This document shows positions 51,125 to 64,000 of a stretch of 64,000 nt of DNA, one piece after another (the stretch's first letter is position 1; the number at the start of each line of letters is the position of its first letter). The position numbers and the translations under genes are program-made. Source of the DNA: the human T2T-CHM13v2.0 reference genome, Homo sapiens; the NCBI RefSeq assembly GCF_009914755.1, contig NC_060929.1, one strand, 5' to 3'. The notes beneath the pieces were generated by a model. The model searched no databases, was not told the DNA's origin, and saw nothing but the letters and a program-made list of their open reading frames with translations.

Positions 51125-51599
51125 TCAATGTGATAAGTCGGTGTGGGAGAAGATATTTGTAACACATATAACAGGCAAAGCATTAGGATTCAAAATGTAT
51201 AAAGATGTCTTCCTGATCAATAAGAAAAAGACAAAACAATCCAGCAGAAAATTTGGCAAAAGATTAGAAACAGGCAATTCATAATTTAAACATATAAAAA
51301 TGCCCAACTTTATTAATAGAGAAATGAAAATTTAAAAATAGGATACTATTTCATATTTGTCACATTGATGAAGTCTGATAGTCAAAGTGTTAGCAAAGAT
51401 GTAGAACAAGAGGAACATTGCTGATATTAAAGTAGATTGGTTCAATAACTTCAGAAAACAATTTGCCAATATATAGTGAAGTTAAGATGTTCATATCCTA
51501 CAACGCAGTAATTCCACTCCTAGGTATATATCTGAGAGATACTTTAGACATGTGTACAATAAAACATACAAGAATTGTTGTGAGATATCTTAAAAATGT

Positions 51600-52652
51600 A
51601 AATTAGTTCAGATCACTTCCTTCCTCAAAATCCTCTGAGGCTGAGATTAAAATTCAAAGTCCTCACCAGGCCTACAAGGCATGACAGTTTGCTTGTCTAA
51701 CCACCTCTGCTGCTCTGCTCTCTCTCTCTCTGTTCTAGCCATGCTGACTTTGCTGTTCCTTGAACAGCCTCTTTTTCTCCCTGGGGCTCTTGGACTCACC
51801 ATTTCTTCACTTCCTCAAAGTGTTCCCCCAGTTTTTATTTTGTCTCAATTCCTGGCTTCAGCGAGACCTCTGTCGACCACCTTTTCTTTCCCTCCCTCCC
51901 TACCTCCCTCCCTTCCTTCCTTTCTTTCTTCCTTCCTCTCTGCCTCCCTTCTTTCTTTCCTTCCTCCCTCCCTTCCTTCATCCCTCTCTCTCTCTTTTTC
52001 CTTCCTTCCTTCCTTCCAATACATATTAGATGTACATATTTTGGGCTACTTGATACATTCATATAATCAAATCAGGATAATTGCCTTAAATATTTATCTT
52101 TTTCTTGTGCTAGGAACATTTGAATTATTCTCTTCTAGTTATCTTGAAATGCACAATAGATTGATGTTAACTATAGTCACTTCACTGATCTATTGAACAT
52201 TAGGTCTTATTTCTTCTCGGTGTGTATTTGTAACCATTAACCAACCTCTCTTCATCCCCTGCCCTTCCTGGCCTCTGGTAACCACTAGTCTACTCTCTAT
52301 CTTCATGAGATCCACTTTTTTAGCTCCCACATATGAGTGAGAACATGTGATATTTGTCCTTCTGTGTTTGGTTGCTTCCATCTTTTCTAAAATAGCTGCT
52401 AGGACTTCCTCTTCTCCTCCAACCTGGCGAGTCCCTTTATCTTCTTTGGCTGGTTTATTTTCCTTCCTGCCTGACATTATATTCTATATACATTTGTTCC
52501 AGCATTTATTTCTGTCTCTCCTACTAGACTGTAAGCTTCCCGGGGGCTGGACGTTTTCTGCCTTACTCATTGTTGCATTTCCCGGTGCCTAAAATGATGT
52601 TTGCTTGTTACAGGGTGGGTGCTCAGTCACAGCTCTTCCAGTGAATGAATGG
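51600..52652 (+). mobile_element. L2 fragments interrupted by an antisense L1MA 3' end (about 52018-52372)
   Basis: aaattcaaagtcctcacc..ggcctacaaggc and ctagactgtaagcttcc...gtgaatgaatgg are L2. tttttagctcccacatatgagtgagaacatg is L1MA. Confidence 0.72.
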
Positions 52653-53245
52653 ATTTGCATGATAGTCAAGATAAGTCCATTTTGATGGGAAGGAAACACT
52701 TAGATGACACAAAGAGTACTTCTTGGTAAAAACAAAGCCATTAGAGTTGTAGATGCATGAAAAGAATTTGAAGAAGATTCGTTCATAAAGTGTAAAAGAA
52801 TATTCTTCAGAAACAGATTGAATATGTATGATTAAGTTAATAGATTAAACATAAGTAGATATCTGAGTATTTCATCTATATTCCTAAAAGTTTGTATATT
52901 CATGTTGGTCAGAAAACTCTTGGGACCTTCCCTTGGGAAACCTTATATTCAGGTTGAGTTGCAGTATGCTAGAGCTTATACAGTCATTCTGTCTGCCAGG
53001 CAGTCATTCCCAAGTACCCAGGGTCAGACCCAGCCCCAGGTGTAGGGCCACGGGGTAGGGAGGACAGAGAAGGGGAAGGGAATCAGGCACACTGAGCGTG
53101 TGCTGTGTGCCAGAAACTCTGCCTGGGTTTCTCTCTCATGTGGGTGACTTAGGAGCACCCCTTCCGGGGCTCACGCAGGGAGCAGGCCAGAGCTCTAGGG
53201 CTGTGCAGCTCGATCTGACTTCTCCAACCCTTGCTACCCCTGTAG

Positions 53246-53485
53246 TTCTCGGAGATCTTCTTTGTGTCCATCTGCACATCTGAGTTGTCCATGAAGGTCT
53301 ATGTGGACCCCATCAACTACTGGAAGAACGGCTACAACCTGCTGGATGTGATCATTATCATCGTTATGTTTTTACCCTATGCCCTCCGCCAGCTCATGGG
53401 CAAACAGTTCACTTACCTGTATATCGCTGATGGCATGCAGTCCCTGCGCATCCTCAAGCTTATCGGCTATAGCCAGGGCATCCGG
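53246..53485 (+). CDS. CATSPER3: CATSPER3 coding exon 3, FSEIFFVSICTSELSMKVYVDPINYWKNGYNLLDVIIIIVMFLPYALRQLMGKQFTYLYIADGMQSLRILKLIGYSQGIR (S2-S4)
   Basis: Acceptor ccctgtag| and donor CGG|gtgagt, 240 nt, phase 0-0. Contains S2 E..MK, S3 YW.NGYNLLD and S4 LRILKLI. Later exons lie beyond the window. Confidence 0.97.
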
Positions 53486-53569
53486 GTGAGTGCACTGGGG
53501 GTGTCATGGTGCTGGGAGGGCAGGCCGTAGGCCCATTTGCCCCCAAGACACTAAGGAAATAATGACTCT

Positions 53570-53780
53570 ACTACCATCTTCCAGTTGTTGAGTCCAACGT
53601 GTGTGGCAGGTTGATCTTTACCAATATTATCTCATTTAATCTTAAAACAATTCTAAGAATGGTATTATTAGCTCCATTTTACAGATGAAGAAATTGAAGC
53701 CCAAGGTCACCCAGCGGTGCAATGTCAGAGCTGAGATTTGAAAGGCGTGCCTGACTCCAGAGGCCACGTCTGAACTTTTC
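53570..53780 (-). mobile_element. MIR
   Basis: atctcatttaatct...ccattttacagatgaagaaattgaagc...ggtcacccagc..gtcagagctgagatttgaa...ctgactccagag. Confidence 0.85.
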
Positions 53781-55109
53781 CTCTCTCTCATGCTGCAAAG
53801 TGCCTGATTTTCTTATGCTATGCATCCTTTGAACTACATGCCCAGGACGCCTTGGCTTTTTGGTGGCCCAGGCCACTAGCTGCTTTCCCCAAACAGCTGA
53901 GTCTGCTCTCTTGCTGGAAATAGTCTCTGTGCTTCGTTAAGGTGGCTCTGGAAGGGCTACTCCTGCTGAGAAGTCTTTCTGGGTTGCTGAAAACCATGAC
54001 CAACACTCCCTTGACTCAGAGGCTTCAGAAAGAACCTCAGGGCTGCCCCCCTGCCTTGAATCGTGCCCTCAGGCACTTGTCCTGTGCACCGTAGGTTCAC
54101 CTAGCTCTGCACCCAGTGTCCATCCTTCTCCAGGTGGGGGCTGGTCTGGGTTCCCGTGTTCAGTCGGGGTGTGTCGTCCTGTCCTGCCGGAGGCTGCCCC
54201 TCGCCTGGGCTTGGGTGGCTGGCCGTCTAGGGCCTGGCCCCACACTCTGGGAGCCCCAGGCCTGGGTAGAAAAGAGAAGGGGAACGTTAGAGGTCTCCCC
54301 TGCTGCATACACACCTTTGTTTGTTTCTTGCTGTCATGTAAACAAACGCCTGCCTGTGTGTGTCCCCTCTCAAACAACGCAGTCCAGCCCTCCCTCTCCT
54401 TCTCTTCATGGCGAACCTTCTGGGGAAAGGTGTCTGTACTTCCAGTCCCACTTCCCTGTCCGTCATTTATGCCCTAGCTGTTTTCCCTACACTCCAGAAT
54501 ATCTAGCCTCTCTGAAGTTGCCAGCAGCCTCCTTGTCTCCAAATCCAGTGGCCAGTTCCCTTGGCATCCTTGTCACTGCTTTCTCTTGGTTTTCCTCCAG
54601 CCTGACTTCTCAGGAGCGTTTATCCTTTGCCTGGCTCATACACGCTGTTTTCTCGGGATGGTCCCTGAGTTCTCCTCCTCTGCTCCCTCTGCACATTCTC
54701 TCTGGGTGATCTTTTCCACTTTCCAGGACCCTCCACCTGCCTACCCCTCTCTCTTTGACCTTTAGACCCAGCTGCCCTCTGGGCATCTCACAGGCTTCTC
54801 AAATTTGATGTGTCTAAACTGAAGTTGTCACTCACCCCCATCCCCAACCTCAAATCCCAAACCCTGGCTTCCCCTCCAGTATTTCTTTTTTTTGTTGTTT
54901 TTTTAAAAATTATTCTTTAAGTTCTAGGGTACACGTGCACAACGTGCAGGTTTGTTACATATGTATACATGTGCCATGTTGGTGTGCTGCACCCATTAAC
55001 TTGTCATTTACATTAGGTATATCTCCTAATACTATCCCTCCCCGCCACCCCTCCATGACAGGCCCCGGTGTGTGATGTTCCCCTTCCTGGGTCTAAGTGT
55101 TCTCATTGT

Positions 55110-58976
<3,867 letters not shown>

Positions 58977-59069
58977 TATGATGTTAGCTGGTTATTTTGC
59001 TCGTTAGTTGATGCAGTTTCTTCCTAGCCTTGATGGTCTTTACAATTTGGCATGTTTTTGCAGTGGCTG

Positions 59070-60046
59070 TTACTGGTTGTTCCTTTCCATGTTTAGTGCT
59101 TCCTTCAGGAGCTCTTTTAGGGGAGGCCTGGTGGTGACAAAATCTCTCAGCATTTGCTTGTCTGTAAAGTATTTTATTTCTCCTTCACTTATGAAGCTTA
59201 GTTTGGCTGGATATGAAATTCTGGGTTGAAAATTCTTTTCTTTCAGAATGTTGAATATTGGCCCCCACTCTCTTCTGGCTTGTAGAATTTCTGCCGAGAG
59301 ATCAGCTGTTAGTCTGATGGGCTTCCCTTTGTGGGTAACCCGACCTTTCTCTCTGGCTGCCCTTAACATTTTTTCCTTCATTTCAACTTTGGTGAATCTG
59401 ACAATTATGAGTCTTGGAGTTGCTCTTCTCGAGGAGTATCTTTGTGGTGTTCTCTGTATTTCCTGAATTTGAGTGTTGGCCTGCCTTGCTAGGTTGGGGA
59501 AGTTCCCCTGGATAATATCCTGCAGAGTGTTTTCCAACTTGGTTCCATTCTCCCTGTCACTTTCAGGTACACCAATCAGACATAGGTTTGGTCTTTTCAC
59601 ATAGTCCCATATTTCTTGGAGGCTTTGTTCGTTTTACTCTTTTTTCTCTAAACTTCTCGCTTCATTTCATTCATTTGATCTTCAATCACTGATACCCTTT
59701 CTTCCAGTTGATTGAATCGGCTACTGAAGCTTGTGCATGCATCGCGTAGTTCTCGTACCATGGTTTTCAGCTCCGTCAGGTCATTTAAGGCCTTCTCTAC
59801 ACTGGTTATTCTAGTTAGCCATTTGTCTAATCTTTTTTCAAGGTTTTTAGCTTCTTTGTGATGGGTTCGAACATCCTCCTTTAGCTTGGAGAAGTTTGAT
59901 CGTCTGAAGCCTTCTTCTCTCAACTCATCAAAGTCATTCTCCATCCAGCTTTGTTCCATTGCTGGTGAGGAGCTGCGTTCCTTTGGAGGGGGACAGGTGC
60001 TCTGATTTTTAGAATTTTCAGTTTTTCTGCTCTGGTTTCTCCCCAT
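59070..60046 (-). pseudogene. L1 ORF1p, frameshifted (59648-60046 and 59070-59600)
   Basis: MGRNQSRKTENSK...; KRPNLCLIGVPE...FVTTRPPLKELLKEALNMERNNQ. Confidence 0.95.
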
Positions 60047-63000
60047 CTTTGTGGTTTTATCTACCTTTGGTCTTTGATGATGGTGACTTACAGATGGGGT
60101 TTTGGTGTGGATGTCCTTTCTGTTTGTTAGTTTTCCTTCTAACAGTCAGGACCCTCAGCTGCAGATCTGTTGGAGTTTGCTGGAGGTCCACTCCAGACCC
60201 TGTTTGCCTGGGTATCAGCAGTGGAGGCTGCAAAACAGCGAATATTGCATAACAGCAAAGGTTGCTGCCTGATTGTTTCTCTGGAAGCTTCATCTCAGAG
60301 GGGCACCCGGCCATGTGAGGTGTCAGTCTGCCCCTACTTGGGGGTGCTTCCCAGTTAGGCTACTCGGGGATCAGGGACCCACTTGAGGAGGCAGTCTGTC
60401 CATTCTGAGATCTCAAACTCCGTGCTGGGAGAACCACTGCTCTCTTCAAAGCTGTCAGACAGGGAAATTTAAGTCTGCAGAAGTTTCTGCTGCCTTTTGT
60501 TCAGCTATGCCCTGCCCTCAGAGGTGGAGTCTACAGAGGCAGGCAGGCCTCCTTGAGCTGCTGTGGGCTCCACTCAGTTTGAGCTTCCCAGCCGCTTTGT
60601 TTACCTACTCAAGCCTCAGCAATGGCAGGCGCCCATCCCGCAGCCTCGCTGCTGCCTTGCAGTTCAATCTCAGACTGCTGTGCTAGCAATAAGCAAGTCT
60701 CCGTGAGCATGGGACCCTCTTAGCCAGGTGCGGGATATTAATCTCCTGGTGTGCCATTTGCTAAGACTGTTGGAAAAGTGCAGTATTAGGTGGGAGTGAC
60801 CCGATTTTCCAGGCGCCGTCTGTCACAGCTTCCCTTGGCTAGCAAAGGGAATTTCCTGATTCCTTGTGCTTCCTGGGTGAGGCGATGCCTCGCCCTGCTT
60901 CGGCTCTCACTCAGTGGGCTCCACCCACTGTCCTGCACCCGCTGTCCGACAAGCCCCAGTGAGATGAACTCAGTACCTCAGTTGGAAATGCAGAAATTAC
61001 CCATCTTCTGCGTCACTCACACTGGGAGCTATAGACTGGAGTTGTTCTTATTCAGCCATCATCTCCTCCAGTATTTCGTCTTTTGGTAAAGAGGGGTCCC
61101 CCACCCGCATTCAGTTGCCAAGTCATAAATTTGACTGTCAGCTTAGACTCCTCTCTCAAGCTTTGTTGTGTGGCCTCCTCAGTGGTTATTGACTTGTCCA
61201 CATCTCTTCATTCCTGTCACCATCAGCCTCACCTGGATTCCTGCATTGGCGTCCCACACTACTGGGAGCCCTGGAACAGAAATGCCCGTGTGGGGTGGGG
61301 AGGATCTTGAAAGTGCACATCCAATCATAGCATCCTAGGTTTCAAGCCTGAGGGTGGCTCCCCATTTTCAGGCTACAGACAGACCTTGCAGTGTGTCCTA
61401 AGAGGAAGGGAGTATGTAAGGTGCTGGGCACTGGAGTCAGCAGGGATGAGAGGAAGGCAGGTGGACGGGAAAGAAGACTGGAGGCCCGAGGTGTTCATGG
61501 TCAGATGGGCACCCCAGAGTGAGGGCGGGATCTGGCAGTGGGAAGTGTAATCTGGTTTTTCCAGGTGTTGGGCACCAAGGGAGCAGGGGCCAGGAGTGGC
61601 ACCAGGGTCACTAGAGAGGGAAGTCCAGGGGTGAAGAGGCCTGGCATCTTCCATAAAGATGTGGAAGGCCCCCAGGCTGACAGCAGGGTTGCCTGGAGAA
61701 GGAGGTACTGAGTCTGGAGGCAGAGACTTCAAGACATGAGGGAGAGGGGGAAGCTGGAAGGTTGGCCCTGCCCAAAAGCAGGGTCTGTGCCTGTGAAAAC
61801 AGGGGATCCCAGGATAAGGTAGATGGTGGCCCCCTGAATCTGAGGGCTGTCGGGGATAGGCAGCCTTCTTGGAGAGGGGAACTGGGTTGTGATGTCCTCT
61901 GCTGAGAGAGGACTTTCAGGTGAGGCCAGGAGAGAGGAACTGTGGAATGAGGGTGCCAGAGACCAGTGGGAATCATGCGAGGAACAGGGCGGAGGGCAGG
62001 GGGCTGAGGAAAAGGAGACCCAGGACCACACAGGGAGGAGGGAAGCAAAAAGGACTGGTGGCAGGGAGGGCTTCCATCTTGGAAGAAAGGGGCATTGACC
62101 CAGACTGGCACCTCAAGGCTGGGGGCACTTGCTGCTGGCTTAGTGCACCGTCTTGGCTGTATTGTGGCAGCCTGATTAGAAGGCAAAGGCTCCTGCTGGC
62201 CAAGGGCTGTATCCCAGAGCAAGCCGGCCTGCTTGGGGACTGCTCAGCCTTTGGCCCTTGCAGGCATGCACAGAGACCCTGGGCATGCAGAGGCAACAGG
62301 CACACACGCATGCACCACAGGTTTGGCCTCATGGTTTTTCTGTCATTAAGCAGGGCCTTGCATCCTAGAGTGATTCCCTGGGGATCACCAGCCACCCTGA
62401 GCTGTGGCTCTCCTGTAGCCTTGGGATGTCATGGGACCCTAGATCCCCAGAGGCACAGAAGTGACCCTGGATAACATGCCCTCTGAATGTTGGCTGGCCT
62501 GCTGGCCATGGGGAGCTGGACCTGCCCATGGTCGGGACTTGTACCTCTGGGCTAATTTCTATTAATTGAAGTCTAAAGGAATCCTTAAATAAAGAGCTAC
62601 AATCTCAGAGCCCAGAGATGGCGCTCTGGCGCATTCTTGGCTCCTGACCCCTGATTAATTAAAATGACACTCTGCCTTCTACCTATGACAATGAACCTGC
62701 ACCATGAGGAAATGTTGTTTTGCACAGAGATGCACAAATGTTCATCAGCATTTCAGCCGGAAGCAACCTTCAGATGCTGGGCTGTGATGTGAGCATTAGT
62801 CCCCCTTCCTCCCTGCCTCCTCCTCCTGGGGCCAGATCATCTTCCACACATCCAATGGGCTGTGTAGGAGGGGTCCCTCCAAGCACTGGGCCTGGGCACC
62901 TGCCTTGCCTGGAGCTCCTTTCCACATCCAGAATGCCCCAGGGCTGTGGCTTGATCCAGAGCCCGGGAGAGCTGAACTGGGTACAGGGAATTGCCCCCCC

Positions 63001-63527
63001 AAAAGAATTTGGGAATTCAAAATCACACATCCAATGGGGGCCAGACCATGGGCCTCAAAACTTAGAACTTCCTCAGGAGGGAGCTACTGGCCTAAGGGGA
63101 ACTGGGCAACCCTCTCCTAGGACTGGATTTCCGCACCTTTCTGGACTGCACCCTAAGAGGGCCTGCGTGGATTGTGCTTAAAGAACTTGGCCAACTCTAG
63201 CTGTCATGGGTCCTTTATGGGGCTCCCAGGAGAGCGTGTCTGTTCCTCCACTGCTGCTCTAAAGGTTGCTCAGCTTGGACCTCAGGTGGCACCAGCTTGT
63301 GGGCTGGCCTGGAGGTGGGAGGCCCAACCAGGCCTCTCCGCAACCCTTCTGCACAGGCTTTGGATTCTACCACCCAGTGTTCCTCCCTTCCCACTCAAAA
63401 CCTGATCTGCAGACCATATCTCATCACAGCTTTTCTCATGAGGATTTACTGCTTTCATCTTAGTCCTTGGGAAAGAAGTTCTGCCTCTGTTTAGTTGGGA
63501 GGAAGGCATTAAGAAAAAAAAAATATC

Positions 63528-63999
<472 letters not shown>

Positions 64000-64000
64000 T

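Noticed and set aside
54116-54709. 197-aa ORF downstream of CATSPER3 exon 3
   Set aside because: Non-ATG start, low-complexity Ser/Pro/Leu content, runs into a probable L2 remnant.
61373-63509. Overlapping ORFs up to 203 aa on both strands (e.g. 61611-62222, 61920-62474)
   Set aside because: Expected in GC-rich, stop-poor DNA. No recognisable domain, and none matches the S5-pore sequence expected for the next CATSPER3 exon.

Overview
Primate (most likely human) genomic DNA. It carries the last two coding exons of PCBD2 (DCoH2, pterin-4-alpha-carbinolamine dehydratase 2) and, about 5 kb further on the same + strand, coding exons 1-3 of the sperm calcium-channel subunit CATSPER3. I recognise this as the 5q31 locus next to PITX1; that assignment comes from the protein sequences and was not checked by a search. 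All five exons have canonical GT-AG junctions and join in frame. The rest is mostly transposon-derived: about 45 Alu/FAM/FLAM copies, MIR and L2 fragments, old sense-strand L1M elements filling CATSPER3 intron 2 (hosting Tigger4a, an MST provirus, an L1PB and a near-full-length Tigger1 that itself contains a MER4A1 LTR), and a full-length antisense L1PA4-like element with a 13-bp TSD in intron 3. Almost all ORFs in the supplied track are repeat artefacts. I found no convincing novel gene system. The best leads are: (1) a 21-bp perfect hairpin built by an inverted template switch at 3097-3164; (2) a repeat-poor, HOX/PBX-motif-rich block in the PCBD2 intron that may be a PITX1 limb enhancer; (3) splice and poly(A) signals that would allow PCBD2-CATSPER3 read-through, including an acceptor-stop-AATAAA unit overlapping the CATSPER3 5' end; (4) three serial Alu insertions at one target site in the PCBD2 3'UTR; and (5) an L1 antisense promoter pointing into the downstream CATSPER3 exons. 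Repeat subfamily calls are by eye from recalled consensus sequences, and repeat boundaries are approximate.
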